Positions 1 through 12,365 of a stretch of 64,000 nt of DNA are shown piece by piece. A program made the position numbers and the translations under genes. The notes beneath the pieces were generated by a model. It saw nothing but the letters and a program-made list of their open reading frames with translations, did not search any database and had not been told where the DNA came from. This DNA is from an uncultured Deinococcaceae bacterium (GTDB lineage: Bacteria; Deinococcota; Deinococci; Deinococcales; Deinococcaceae), in assembly GCA_964252075.1 (NCBI GenBank), contig CAXULY010000015.1, positions 49,957 to 113,956 on the forward strand. The letters are read 5' to 3'. The stretch's first letter is position 1. Every line of letters begins with the position of its first letter.

Positions 1-238
1 CCGCGCCGAAGTTGCTGAAGATCACGCGCATGAGGGGCGACAGGCCCACGTACAGCAGCAGGCCCAGCACCACCTGCAGGGACACCAGCCCGGTGTACGC
101 GGCGCCCGCCGCGCGGTCGGCGCTCGTCCACGCGCGCCGACCGGAGAGGCCCGGCAGCACGCGCGCCAGCGCCACCACCGCGGCGATCAGCACGGCCCAG
201 CGCAGGAGGTTGTGGAGGGTCAGGAGCGTCTCGTACAT
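1..238 (-). CDS. Hypothetical membrane protein (N-terminal part; runs off the window start)
   Basis: Read by hand from ATG at 238: [31 protein letters not shown]...[21 protein letters not shown]. Hydrophobic helices and GC3-rich codons; divergent from the MFS gene; not in the ORF track because truncated. Confidence 0.7.
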   Translation of the reverse strand, partial: MYETLLTLHNLLRWAVLIAAVVALARVLPGLSGRRAWTSADRAAGAAYTGLVSLQVVLGLLLYVGLSPLMRVIFSNFGA

Positions 239-345
239 GCGCGCAGCTTACCCAAAAACGCGCCCTCCCTGCGCCCTTCACCCTCTACGAACAACGTTCC
301 CTGCGCGCCACACCCGCCGCGCGCCCGGCGGTAGGATGCGCCGTT

Positions 346-1725
346 ATGACCGCCGCACCCGCCCGCCCGCGCGATCCGCGCGCCCTCGCCACCGCCGGGC
401 TGCTGCTCGGCATTTTTCTGGCGGCACTGGAATCCAGCGTGATCGCCACCGCCATGCCGAGCGTCATCCGCGACCTCGGCGGGCGCGCGCTGTACGCCCT
501 GCCGTTCGCGGTGTATCTGCTGACCAGCACCGTCTCCAGCCCCCTGTGGGGCCGTGCAAGTGACATTGTGGGCCGCAAGCGGCTGTACCTGATCGGGGTG
601 GTGCTGTTCCTGCTGGGCTCCGGCCTGTGCGGCGCCGCGCAGAACATGACGTGGCTGATCCTCGCGCGCGCGCTGCAGGGCATTGGCGCGGGCGCCGTGC
701 TGCCCCTCACCATCACGTTGGTGGGGGAGATGTACTCCATGCAGGAACGCGCGCGCGTGCAGAGCCTCATCAGCGGCGTGTGGGGCGTCTCGGGCCTCGT
801 CGGGCCGCTCATCGGGGGGCTCATCGTGGACCACGCGTCGTGGCGCTGGGTGTTCTACCTGAACCTGCCGTTCGGCATTCCGGCGTTCATCATGGTGTGG
901 CGCTACCTGCAGGAGACCGGCGCGCGCCGCGCCGCGCAAGGCATCGACTGGGTGGGCGCCCTGCTCTTCACGCTCGGCAGCGGCCTGCTCGTGTGGGGCC
1001 TGGAACTCAAGACGTGGTGGCAGGTGGGCCTGGGCCTCGTGGTGCTGGTCGCGGCCGTCGCGCTGGAGTTCCGCCACCCCTCGCCCCTGCTGCCCACCAC
1101 CAGCCTCCGCCAGCGCCTCCCGCGCGTCGGCATCCTCGACAACCTCCTCGCGGGCGGCGCGTACTTCGGCATCATCGCGTACCTCCCGCTGTTCGCGCAG
1201 GGCGTGAGCGGCACGGGCGCCACCGCCGCCGGGCTCATCCTCACGCCCATGCTGGTCGGCTGGACGAGCGCCAGCATCTTCGGTGCGCGCCTCATGGTCA
1301 AGGTGGGGCCCACGCGCATCACCCTCATCGGCTTCGCGGTCCTCACGGCGGCCTTCGCGGCCTTCGCGGCGCTCGCCTTCGCGCCCTTGTGGGTGCTGTC
1401 CGCGGTCGGCCTCTTCGCGGGCGCCGGCATGGGCTTCTCCATGCTGAGCCTGCTGCTCGCCGTGCAGGGCGCCACCCCGAAAGGCGAGCTAGGCGCCGTC
1501 ACGAGCGCCATCCTGTTCGCGCGGAACATGGGCGGCGCCCTCGGCACGGCCCTCATGGCCCTCCTCATCGGGCCAGCCGCCATCGCGCGCGGCGGCGAGG
1601 CCCTCGCGGGCGGCCTGCAGCGCGCCTTCCTGCTGGGCCTCGGCCTGATCCTCGTCGCGTACGCCCTCGCCCTCACCCTGCGCGGCCAGGGTCAGGGGCA
1701 GGCGAAGGAGGTCGGGGCGGACTGA
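346..1725 (+). CDS. MFS drug:H+ antiporter-type (DHA2/EmrB-like) transporter
   Basis: Many TM helices; motif A-like [37 protein letters not shown] box at 332-337. Confidence 0.92.
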   Translation: MTAAPARPRDPRALATAGLLLGIFLAALESSVIATAMPSVIRDLGGRALYALPFAVYLLTSTVSSPLWGRASDIVGRKRLYLIGVVLFLLGSGLCGAAQNMTWLILARALQGIGAGAVLPLTITLVGEMYSMQERARVQSLISGVWGVSGLVGPLIGGLIVDHASWRWVFYLNLPFGIPAFIMVWRYLQETGARRAAQGIDWVGALLFTLGSGLLVWGLELKTWWQVGLGLVVLVAAVALEFRHPSPLLPTTSLRQRLPRVGILDNLLAGGAYFGIIAYLPLFAQGVSGTGATAAGLILTPMLVGWTSASIFGARLMVKVGPTRITLIGFAVLTAAFAAFAALAFAPLWVLSAVGLFAGAGMGFSMLSLLLAVQGATPKGELGAVTSAILFARNMGGALGTALMALLIGPAAIARGGEALAGGLQRAFLLGLGLILVAYALALTLRGQGQGQAKEVGAD

Positions 1726-1766
1726 GCGGGGTTGGCGCTCCGCGTGCACGCACGCCACACTGAGCT

Positions 1767-2710
1767 GTGCGGACGCTGCTCTTGGCCCTCGTCCTCAGCG
1801 GCACCCCGGTGGGTGTGGCGGGCGTGACCCTGCAGGGCTTCTCTGCCGGGGGCGATGTGGTCACCCGTGCGCCGGACGCCCCTTCAATCGAGGTGCGCCG
1901 CGCGGCGGATGGACTGGTGGAGCGCACGGTCGGCCTGCCGGACGTCGGGGATGGACGGTTCCTGCTGGCGTTCACCCCATACATGGAGGGCGTCGCGGCC
2001 ATCCGCGCGCCGTCCACGCTGCCCGAACAGGGCGGTCGCCTGACCGCGCGGCCGGGCGGACCTGGACGGCGGACACCGAAGGGCTGGGCGGCACCACCGC
2101 CTTGGCCTTCAATCCGGACGGAAAAACCGTGCTGGCCGGGAATGACTCCGGGTACGTGCAGGTCTGGAACGCCCGCACGGGCGAGCGCGAGCGCACCATC
2201 CTAGGCCCCGGCTGGGGTGTGGAGCAGCTGGTGTTCAGCCCGGATGGCCGTCACCTGTTCGCGCAGGCGCGGGGCGGCGCGGCGCTGTACGACACTGCGA
2301 CGTGGCGACCCCAGCCGCTCGGCGTCCCGTACCTGTACGTGAGGTCGTCGTCTGCAGCGGCCTTCACCCCGGATGGCCGCGCGCTCCTCGTGGCGGACGG
2401 GTACAACCGGGTGAAGGTGCTTGAGGTGGCGTCAGGCCGCGTTGTACGGGAGTTGCCGCGCCCGACCTTCGCCTGTGGGGACGCGCGCCTGTGCGGACAC
2501 GGCGCGCAGACGGTCAGCATCACGCGGGATGGCCGCACCGTGCTGGTGGGGTATGTGGGCGGCGACGTGGCCCTCTACAACTTCACTACGGGTCAGCTGC
2601 TCAGGCGTTTGCCCGTCGCTGGCCCGGATGTTCGGCTCACGCCGGACGGCGCGCTGCTGGTGCGGAACGAGGACCAGCCCGCGGCGGTCACCGTGTATCG
2701 CCTGCCATAA
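1767..2710 (+). pseudogene. WD40-repeat secreted protein split by an apparent frameshift
   Basis: ORF 1767-2204 has a signal-peptide-like start. Overlapping ORF 2102-2710 in another frame has WD40-like blades (AFNPDGKTVLAG...VQVWNARTG, VFSPDG, AFTPDG). Confidence 0.55.
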
Positions 2711-2849
2711 CAAAGACGGGCTGAAAGTGGAATTTTCGGCCCCTGCACTGAGCCCACCACCGCCAGGTTCTTTGGAACCAGCATAAATTGAAGTTACGGG
2801 CGCCTCGGTTAACTTGTTAGGTCTCAATTTGTCCTAAGGTGGCTGATGT

Positions 2850-3254
2850 TTAACGGTTCCACCGACAGTGCTCGGATCCACAGCGGCATCCTTCGAGGCT
2901 CGTTGCGTCGTGATAGTCAGCGGTGATTTCCTCGCCTGCACGAATGTCGCGCGCGGTCACATACTGGGTGGCTTTCGGGTCGCGCGAGAGGTCGAGCGCG
3001 TTGGGCGCGCAGGAGTGGTTGACGTAGTAGTGGAATACCTTCGGTGTGACGATGAAGAGGTCATCCCCCAGCGTTTCCTGGTTGTACAGCTCGGCTTGAA
3101 GCAGGAGCTGTCCGCTGCGCCATTCCTCTCCCGTAAAAATGAGCCCGCCTGTGACCAGAACAAGCAATTCACCAGCGGAGATGTCGTGTGTGGCGAAGGT
3201 TCCGATGCCATGAATGGGCGACGGTCGCAGAACGAGGCGACGGTCAAACCACAT
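2850..3254 (-). CDS. SET-domain protein-lysine methyltransferase-like protein with post-SET motif
   Basis: SPIHGIGTFA, YVNHSCAPN, ARDIRAGEEITADY and C-terminal CRCGSEHC. Confidence 0.88.
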   Translation of the reverse strand: MWFDRRLVLRPSPIHGIGTFATHDISAGELLVLVTGGLIFTGEEWRSGQLLLQAELYNQETLGDDLFIVTPKVFHYYVNHSCAPNALDLSRDPKATQYVTARDIRAGEEITADYHDATSLEGCRCGSEHCRWNR

Positions 3255-3283
3255 CGTGGTCGCCTCCGTCTGCGGGCGCGTGC

Positions 3284-4870
3284 TTACCCCACCACCGTTA
3301 AATCCTTCGGCAGCGGCAGGAACTCGATTTCCGGGTGCTGCTTCTGGGTGTATTCGGCGTCCCACTCGCTGGTGAACAGCATGACGGGGCGACCCTGGTC
3401 GTCCTCGACGCTCTTCGCGAAGCGCGCGAGCGCGCCCGTCTCGCCCGCCAGCCAGCGCACGAGGCGGTAGCGGGCGGGCAGGAGTTCCACCTGCACACCG
3501 TACTCCTCGTTCATGCGGTGCGCGAACACCTCGAACTGCAGTTGCCCCACCGCGCCCAGGATGGGGTCGCGCGCGCCGTCGGTGGGGTAGAAGACCTGCA
3601 CGACGCCCTCCTCCGTGAGCTGCTCGATGCCCTTGCGGAAGGCCTTGCGTTTGCTGACGTCCTTGGGTGAGGCGTTCACGAAGTGCTCGGGCGTGAAGCG
3701 CGGGAAGCCCTCCACGGTCACGCCGCCCTCCACGCTCACCACGTCCCCGATCTGGAACACGCCGGGGTTCACGAGGCCCACGATGTCGCCGGGGTACGCG
3801 ACCTCGACGCTCTCGCGGTCCTGCCCGAACAGGGTGCTGGCGCGCGAGAGGCGCAGTTCGCGGTTCGTGCGGGTGTGCCGCACCTCCATGCCGCGCTCGA
3901 ACTTCCCGGTGGCGACGCGCATGAAGGCGGTGCGGTCGCGGTGGTGTTTGCTCATGTTGGCCTGCAGCTTGAAGATGAAGCCCGTGAAGCTCGCGTCGGT
4001 GGGGCGCTCACCGCGCGTGGTGGGCAGGGGGCCGGGCGCGGGCGCGAGCGTCACGAAGCGGTCCAGGAAGTGCTGCACGCCGAAGTTCGTGATGGCGCTC
4101 CCGAAGAACACGGGGGTGAGTTCGCCCTGCTGGAAGGCCGCCTCGTCGAAGGGGTCCATGGCGCCCTCAATGAGTTCCACGTCCTCACGCAGCTTCTTGG
4201 CGAGCTCGGCGCCGACCAGCGCGTCGAGTTCCGCGCTGTCCAGGCTGGACATGTGCACGGGCGCCATCTTCTTGCCGCGCGTGGTGCGCTCGAACACGTG
4301 CACCTGCCGCGTCGCGAGGTCGAACACGCCCTTGAAGTCCGGGCCGTCCCCGATGGGCCACGTCATGGGCACCGTGCGGATCTTCAGGGTTTCCTCGACC
4401 TGGTTCAGCAGCTCGAAGGGGTCCTGCGCGGGGCGGTCCATCTTGTTCACGAAGGTCAGGATGGGGATGCCGCGGTTGCGGCAGACCGCGAAGAGCTTCA
4501 CGGTCTGCTCCTGCACGCCGCGCGCGCCGTCCAGCACCATCAAGGCGCTGTCCGCCGCGACGAGCGTGCGGAAGGTGTCCTCGCTGAAGTCCTGGTGGCC
4601 GGGCGTGTCCAGCAGGTTCACGTGCCGCCCCGCGTACTCGAATGACAGCGCGCTGGACGTGATGGAGATGCCGCGCGCCTGCTCCATGCTCATCCAGTCG
4701 CTCTTGGTCTGCGCGCTGCCCTCGCGGGCCGTGACGCTGCCCGCCTCCAGGATCGCACCTCCGTACAGCAGGAGCTTCTCGGTGATGGTGGTCTTGCCGG
4801 CGTCCGGGTGGCTGATGATGGCGAAGGTGCGCCGCCGCTGGGTCTCGAATTGCAGTTCTGGGTCACTCAT
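3284..4870 (-). CDS. prfC: Peptide chain release factor 3
   Basis: [55 protein letters not shown]. Confidence 0.98.
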   Translation of the reverse strand: MSDPELQFETQRRRTFAIISHPDAGKTTITEKLLLYGGAILEAGSVTAREGSAQTKSDWMSMEQARGISITSSALSFEYAGRHVNLLDTPGHQDFSEDTFRTLVAADSALMVLDGARGVQEQTVKLFAVCRNRGIPILTFVNKMDRPAQDPFELLNQVEETLKIRTVPMTWPIGDGPDFKGVFDLATRQVHVFERTTRGKKMAPVHMSSLDSAELDALVGAELAKKLREDVELIEGAMDPFDEAAFQQGELTPVFFGSAITNFGVQHFLDRFVTLAPAPGPLPTTRGERPTDASFTGFIFKLQANMSKHHRDRTAFMRVATGKFERGMEVRHTRTNRELRLSRASTLFGQDRESVEVAYPGDIVGLVNPGVFQIGDVVSVEGGVTVEGFPRFTPEHFVNASPKDVSKRKAFRKGIEQLTEEGVVQVFYPTDGARDPILGAVGQLQFEVFAHRMNEEYGVQVELLPARYRLVRWLAGETGALARFAKSVEDDQGRPVMLFTSEWDAEYTQKQHPEIEFLPLPKDLTVVG

Positions 4871-5090
4871 GGGTGGGGTCCTCGGTGGTGGGGAAGGTCA
4901 GGTCACGCGAACGCCGCCGCGCCCACTCCGGGCACGGCGCCTGAGGGGCACTCAGTGGGCCTGAACGGCGGCTGGCCGCACGCGGGCCGTGCGGCGCGCG
5001 GGGCGCGCTTCGGCGGTGCGGCGGGCAGGCATGCGCCCAGCATACCGAAATCACGGCGGGTGGGCGGGGTGCGCGCCACCATCGCGGCGG

Positions 5091-6575
5091 TCAGGGGAGC
5101 GGCAGGGTGAAGGCCACCGTGAGGCCCGACCCGCCGGGCGCGTCCTGAAGCCAGATGCGCCCGCCGTGCCGCTCGATCACCTGACGGCACAGCGCGAGGC
5201 CCACGCCGCTGCCTTCCGGCCCGCCGCCTGGGTGCACGCGCTGGAAGAGCCGGAAGGCCTGATCGCGGTACGCGGCGGGAATGCCGGGACCGTCATCCGT
5301 GATGTGCACGGTGCACCACCGCGCGTCCGCGCTGGCGGTCACCTGCACGCGCGGCGGCTGCCCGGCGCGGCGGTGCGTGATGGCGTTGCTCATCAGCTGC
5401 TCGAAGACGCGCCGCAGCAGACCCGGGTCTCCCACCACGCGCGGCAGCGCCTCCACGTGAACCGTGGCGTCCGCCTCGCTCAGCTGCTCCTGGAGGCGCT
5501 CGGCGGCCTCGCGCGCGACGGCGTGCAGGTCCACCGCCACGAGTTTCAGGTCCGCCTGCTGCACGCGGGCGTAACCCAGCAGGTCGTCCACCTGCTCGTT
5601 CATGCGGCGCGAGGCCTGCGCGATGAAGCGCAGGTCGCGCTGCGTGCGGGGGTCGGCGCTGGTGCCCAGGCGGCGCTCCAGCAGCTCACTGAAGCTCGTG
5701 AGGGTGCGCAGCGGCGTCTTGAGGTCGTGGCTCGCCACGAACGCGAACTGGTCGAGTTCGCGGTTGCTGCGCTCCAGGCGCGCGTTGGCGGCCTGCAGTT
5801 CGTGCACGAGGCCTTCCAGGCGCTCCGCCATGCCGTTGAAGGCGCTGGAGAGGGTCTCGCCCTCGCGGTAGGCGGAATGGGGCATGCGCACGCTCTGGTC
5901 GCCCACCCCGAAGGCTTCGGCGGCGGCGGTGGCGTCCACCAGCACGCCGCGCATGGCGAGGTTCAGGCGCCGCCCGGCGAGGAGCAGCGCCAGGGTGGCG
6001 ATCAGCAGCAGGGCGGCCGTGCAGAGGCCGCCCACCGTCACGGCCTGCGCGACGCCCGCGCTGCGCGTCAGTTCGCGCCCCACCTGCGCGCGGTCGTTCG
6101 TCAGGGCGGCGCGCAGGGCGTCCATGACGCTCTTGCTGCGTCCCGTCGCGACCAGCGCCGCCGCGCGCGGCGCGCTGTCCTGGCGCGCCACGACCTCCCG
6201 CGCGCCGAGGTCCAGCCACTGCACGGTGAGGGCGCGCAGCTCCCCACGCGCGTGGAAGCCCGGCACGGTGCGCGTCGCCAGCTGCTCCAGCCGCGTCACG
6301 TCCGGCATGACGCGGCCGCGCGCGGCGCGGTACGGCTGCAGGAACCGCGGGTTGCCCGTGATGACGTACCCACGCACGCCGGTCTCCAGGTCGATCAGGT
6401 CGCTCTGCACGCGTTCCAGCCGCACCAGCACCGCCTGCACGTCCCTGACGTGGTTGCTGGTGCGCGCGCTCTGCCACACCAGCACCAGCAGCGACAGGGC
6501 CGCCAGGGCCAGCGCGGTGACGCTGGCCCACTGGAAGCGCGTGTGGAAGGCGAAGATGCTGGGCGGTGAGCGCAT
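5091..6575 (-). CDS. Sensor histidine kinase, CHASE3-HAMP-HisKA-HATPase
   Basis: CHASE3 motif DLETGVRGYVITGNPRFLQPY; H-box FAFVASHDLKTPL; DDGPGI; GSGVGLA. Confidence 0.92.
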   Translation of the reverse strand: MRSPPSIFAFHTRFQWASVTALALAALSLLVLVWQSARTSNHVRDVQAVLVRLERVQSDLIDLETGVRGYVITGNPRFLQPYRAARGRVMPDVTRLEQLATRTVPGFHARGELRALTVQWLDLGAREVVARQDSAPRAAALVATGRSKSVMDALRAALTNDRAQVGRELTRSAGVAQAVTVGGLCTAALLLIATLALLLAGRRLNLAMRGVLVDATAAAEAFGVGDQSVRMPHSAYREGETLSSAFNGMAERLEGLVHELQAANARLERSNRELDQFAFVASHDLKTPLRTLTSFSELLERRLGTSADPRTQRDLRFIAQASRRMNEQVDDLLGYARVQQADLKLVAVDLHAVAREAAERLQEQLSEADATVHVEALPRVVGDPGLLRRVFEQLMSNAITHRRAGQPPRVQVTASADARWCTVHITDDGPGIPAAYRDQAFRLFQRVHPGGGPEGSGVGLALCRQVIERHGGRIWLQDAPGGSGLTVAFTLPLP

Positions 6576-6677
6576 GCAGGGTGGGCGCGGCGCCAGAAGT
6601 CCGGCGTGGCCCCGTCAGTATAGGGCGCGGTGCCCAGCCCGATGAACGCATGTTCAAGCAGATGCCATAAAGCTCAC

Positions 6678-6705
6678 AAAAAAGCCCACGCGCGGGGCGT
6701 GGGCT
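6678..6705 (-). terminator. Rho-independent terminator of rpmE
   Basis: Minus strand AGCCCACGC-loop-GCGTGGGCT followed by a T run, just after the rpmE stop. Confidence 0.8.
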
Positions 6706-6723
6706 CGGGTCGGCGGGATGGCT

Positions 6724-6939
<216 letters not shown>

Positions 6940-6999
6940 GCTCGCTCCTCCTGCCTCACGGTCTTGGTCGTGACGCACAACCCTATGATTGTAGCACGT

Positions 7000-7050
7000 C
7001 AGGGCGCGCGGTGGATGGCGCACTAGGTGCGCCATCCACCGCGCGCCCTG
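7000..7050. repeat. Perfect 24-bp inverted repeat with 3-nt spacer
   Basis: CAGGGCGCGCGGTGGATGGCGCAC-TAG-GTGCGCCATCCACCGCGCGCCCTG. Confidence 0.95.
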
Positions 7051-7119
7051 CGCCCGGGGCAAAACGGGAAGTGGGGCACTCACGCGGGCGCCCCACCTCG
7101 CTTCAAGTTGCCCGGCGCC

Positions 7120-7941
7120 TTACTTGTCCTGCCCGAGCGCGAAGCCGCGCGAGAACTGCTCCTGCAGCGCCGTGAACACCACCAGCGGCGGCAGGATCGC
7201 CAGGATCGCGGCGGCCATCACGACGCCCCAGTCCGTCTGCCCGCCGCCCACATCAATGAGCTTGCGCAGGCCCACCTGCACCACCTGTTTGTCGTCGTTC
7301 TGCATGATGACGAGCGGCCACAGGTACTGGTCCCAGGCGTACACGAACTGAATGACGGCGAGCGCCCCGATGGTGTTCCAGCTCATGGGGATCAGCACGC
7401 TCGTCAGGAAGCGCAGGGGACCGCAGCCGTCCAGCCTCGCGGCGTCCGCGAGGCTCGCGGGGATGTTCATGAAGTGCTGCCGGAACAGGAACGTCCCCGT
7501 CGCGCTCGCCAGGAACGGCACCACGATCGCGGCGTAGGTGTCCGCCCAGTGCAGGTCGCGGCTCACGAGGTCGAAGAGCGCAATGATCAGCACCTCGGTG
7601 GGCATCATCAGCGAGATCAGCACCAGCGCGAACGCCGCGCCCTTCAGCGGGAAGCGGAAGTACACGAAGGCGAGCGCCGCCAGCACGGACAGCAGCGTCT
7701 TGCCGACCGTGACGAGCACCGTCACGACCGCGCTGTTCAGCAGGTAATGCCCGAGGTGCGCCTGCGTCCAGGCCCGCGCGGCGTTCGCGAAGAACTCCCC
7801 GCCTGGCAGCAGGCTGGGGCCCTGCACCGTGAAGCTGTCCTGCGTGGCCTTCACGAGCGCGAACAGCAGCGGCGCGCTCACCAGGAACACCGCGATGATC
7901 AGCGCGAGGTGCGTGAGGGCCACTTGACCTCTACGCACCAT
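7120..7941 (-). CDS. ugpE: Carbohydrate ABC permease, UgpE-like
   Basis: ASATGTFLFRQHF, EAA-loop LADAARLDG, WDQYLWPL. Confidence 0.8.
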   Translation of the reverse strand: MVRRGQVALTHLALIIAVFLVSAPLLFALVKATQDSFTVQGPSLLPGGEFFANAARAWTQAHLGHYLLNSAVVTVLVTVGKTLLSVLAALAFVYFRFPLKGAAFALVLISLMMPTEVLIIALFDLVSRDLHWADTYAAIVVPFLASATGTFLFRQHFMNIPASLADAARLDGCGPLRFLTSVLIPMSWNTIGALAVIQFVYAWDQYLWPLVIMQNDDKQVVQVGLRKLIDVGGGQTDWGVVMAAAILAILPPLVVFTALQEQFSRGFALGQDK

Positions 7942-8890
7942 AGTGCACGCGCCTTTCCCCCACGCGGAACTGCAGGAACGTCAGGACGCCCACCAGCAGC
8001 AGCATCAGCGCCGCCTGCGCGGCGGCGGCGCCCGTCCGGAAGTTCACGAAGCCGTCCTGGTACAGCTGGTAGATCAGGAAGGTCGTGATGCCCGTCTGCC
8101 CGTACACGGGGCCGCCGCGCGTCAGGATGTCCACCAGTCCGAAGCTGTCGAAGAGCGCCGAGACGATGTTCGTGAACACCAGGAAGAAGGTGATGGGGGA
8201 CAGCAGCGGCAGCACCACCCGCCAGAACAGCTGCGCGGGGCGCGCGCCGTCAATCTCGGCGGCTTCCAGGATCTCCTTCGGGACGTTCTGGATGGCGGCG
8301 AGGTAGAACACCACGTTGTATCCCAGACCCTTCCAGATGGCCGCGACCGTCACGAGCGAGAAGGCCAGCAGCGGGTTGTCCAGCCAGCGCGGGCGGATGT
8401 TGAAGGCCGCGTGCAGGAATTGGTTCACCGCGCCAATCTCCGGGTTGAAGAGAAACAGCCACAGGGTGCCCGCGATGGCTGGGCTCAGCGCGTACGGGTA
8501 GATGAGCAGCAGGCGGTACACGCGCGCGCCCGCGATGGGGCGGCTCGCGAGCCACGCCAGGGACAGGGACAGCAGCAGCCCGATCACCACGGTGAGCGCC
8601 GTGAAGATCAACGTCTGGAGGGCCACCTGGTGGTACGTGGCGCTGCCCAGCAGGTCCGTGAAGTTGCTGAGGCCCGTGAAGCGCTCGGTGCCCAGGATGA
8701 CGTTCGCCTGGAAGGCCGAGAGGCGCAGGGTCCGCACGGCCGGGTAGTAGATGAACACCGCGAGGATCAGCAGGGTGGGCGCCAGGAACAGCCACGGAAG
8801 CCACGCGCCCTTGAAGGTCGCGTGCTCCGCCGCGGCGGCCTCCGCGCGGCGGGCGCGGCGAGCGGTGCGTTTGGTGAGCGGGATGGACAT
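7931..8890 (-). CDS. ugpA: Carbohydrate ABC permease, UgpA-like
   Basis: LLIYPYALSPAIAG, LEAAEIDGA, LSPITFFL, C-terminal QFRVGERRVHYG. Confidence 0.8.
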   Translation of the reverse strand: MSIPLTKRTARRARRAEAAAAEHATFKGAWLPWLFLAPTLLILAVFIYYPAVRTLRLSAFQANVILGTERFTGLSNFTDLLGSATYHQVALQTLIFTALTVVIGLLLSLSLAWLASRPIAGARVYRLLLIYPYALSPAIAGTLWLFLFNPEIGAVNQFLHAAFNIRPRWLDNPLLAFSLVTVAAIWKGLGYNVVFYLAAIQNVPKEILEAAEIDGARPAQLFWRVVLPLLSPITFFLVFTNIVSALFDSFGLVDILTRGGPVYGQTGITTFLIYQLYQDGFVNFRTGAAAAQAALMLLLVGVLTFLQFRVGERRVHYGA

Positions 8891-8986
8891 CGCTTGAACT
8901 CCTGAGGGGCTCGGGGTGCGGGCGGCGGGCCAAACGCTCCTGCCCCCGCCGAAGCGGGGGCCGGGTGGAGCGGGCGGTGGGCGGGC

Positions 8987-10273
8987 TTACTTGAAGTTCT
9001 GGTTGTAGTCCGCGAGGGCGGCGTCCACCTTGGCCTTGGTGTCCTTCGCCACCGACTCCACGCTCGCGCCCTGCATGACCTTCTGCATGCCCTGCTCGAC
9101 CAGCGTGCGCGTCTGGATCGCCACGCCACTCAGGGCGCCGGCGTTCGCGACGTTCGACTTGGTGGTGAGCAGCTGGTTGAACGCCACGAGCTGCAGCGGC
9201 GTCTGGCTGAACCAGCCCTGACCGCGCAGCGTGTTCACGCTGCTGTTGCGCACCGGGTAGTACCCGGTGAGCTTGTGCCAGTCCGCCATGTTCTTGGTGT
9301 TCGTCATGAACAGCGCGAAGTCCTGCGCGGCCTGCGCCTGCGCCGCCGGGATGTTCTTGCTGATCCACAGGCTCGCGCCGCCAATCACCACGCCGTTGCG
9401 CTTCGAGCCGTCCGGGATGGGCAGCACGCCCACACCCAGCTGGAAGCCGGACTTCTTCGCGGCGTCAATCTGGTTGCCGAGGTCGGCGGTGCTGTTGATG
9501 GTGAACACGGCCTTCTGGTTCGCGAAGATGGCGTTCGTGCCGTCGGTGTCCGCGAGCTTGCCGGTGTAGGTCTCGTACCCGCCGTCCTGCAGGTCCTTGT
9601 AGAACTTGAAGACCTTCTGCGCGGCGGCGCTGTCGATGTTGCTGGCGGTGGCGCGCCCCTGGCGGCCGTTGCCGTTGTTCAGCAGCACCGCGTTCTGCTC
9701 GCTCATCCACTGCTCGAAGAACCAGCCGTACACCGCGAGCGACATGCACTTGGCGTCCAGGCCCGCCGCCTTGATCTTCTCGCAAGCCTTCAGCATCGCG
9801 CCGAAGGTGGTGGGGGGGCGCTTGGGGTCCAGGCCCGCCTTCTGCATCAGGTCCTTGTTGAAGTACAGCACCGGGCTGGAGCTGTTGAAGGGCAGGCTGT
9901 TCACCTTCCCGCCAATGGTGTAGTAGTTGATGACGGGCTTGATGTAATCGCTGAAATCCACGTTCTTGACGGCGCTCACGGGCTGGAACACGCCGCTGTC
10001 CAGAGCGAGCTGGCTGCCCACCTCGAAGATCTGCACGAGGGCGGGCGCCTTGCCCTGGCGCGCGGCCAGGATGGTCGCCTGCAGCTCGTCGTTGTAGTTG
10101 CCCTTGTAGCTCGGCACGATCTTCACGCCGGGGTGCGCCTTGTTGTACTCGTCGGCGCGTGCCTGGACCCAACCGCCGCGCTTGGCGTCCCCGAAGGTGT
10201 GCCAGAAATCCACGGTGACCGTCTGGGCGGTCGCGGTGCCCAGCAGGGCGAGCATCATCGTCAGTCGTTTCAT
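8987..10273 (-). CDS. ugpB: ABC substrate-binding protein, UgpB-like (glycerol-3-phosphate)
   Basis: Signal peptide; FWH, YKGNY, QIFEVG, SLPFNSSSPVLYFNKD, IGGASLW, WHKLTGY. Confidence 0.8.
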   Translation of the reverse strand: MKRLTMMLALLGTATAQTVTVDFWHTFGDAKRGGWVQARADEYNKAHPGVKIVPSYKGNYNDELQATILAARQGKAPALVQIFEVGSQLALDSGVFQPVSAVKNVDFSDYIKPVINYYTIGGKVNSLPFNSSSPVLYFNKDLMQKAGLDPKRPPTTFGAMLKACEKIKAAGLDAKCMSLAVYGWFFEQWMSEQNAVLLNNGNGRQGRATASNIDSAAAQKVFKFYKDLQDGGYETYTGKLADTDGTNAIFANQKAVFTINSTADLGNQIDAAKKSGFQLGVGVLPIPDGSKRNGVVIGGASLWISKNIPAAQAQAAQDFALFMTNTKNMADWHKLTGYYPVRNSSVNTLRGQGWFSQTPLQLVAFNQLLTTKSNVANAGALSGVAIQTRTLVEQGMQKVMQGASVESVAKDTKAKVDAALADYNQNFK

Positions 10274-10641
10274 GTGTGTCCCCTTCGTTCCGGAAGGTAC
10301 GCAGCGCAGGTCAGCGGGACGTCAATTCACCGTCATGGACGTGTCAGGCGCTGCGGGCATGCGTTGAATGGAAACCGCGGACGGTTCCTGGCAATCACTT
10401 CCGGTGTCCCAACTCTAAACCAGTCGGCGACTTTCGTGCCAGAGGCCACCATTCACGCTGCGTCGGCTCTGGGTCAGATGATGGCCGGAGTTGGCCACCT
10501 GCACGGGCGGGCTGGGACGCACCGCGTGCTCAGACAGACCCGGATGGACTGTCGGTTCCCACGTTAGGCTGGCCGTCCTCGCAGAGGGGCTTGCTCCGGG
10601 AAGTCCCCGCCGCGCCCACACGCATCAGCCCGGCCTGACGG

Positions 10642-12201
<1,560 letters not shown>

Positions 12202-12365
12202 CCCTTCAAGCTACGCATTTTCCCGGGCGGGGCGGGCGCGTGATGTACACAGGCGAACGCTAGTTAGGTGCCGGGTAGGCTGGAGCGCGCAGCGCCGCTA
12301 CGCCGGATGGCGGGCTTTGTGAATTGATCCCTGTTCCAGGGGGGGAGGGGCGCTAAAGTACGTGT

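Noticed and set aside
10276..10640. ncRNA or small gene in the ugpB-ilvA intergenic region
   Set aside because: Only a weak hairpin near 10585-10608 and no convincing ORF or RNA motif.
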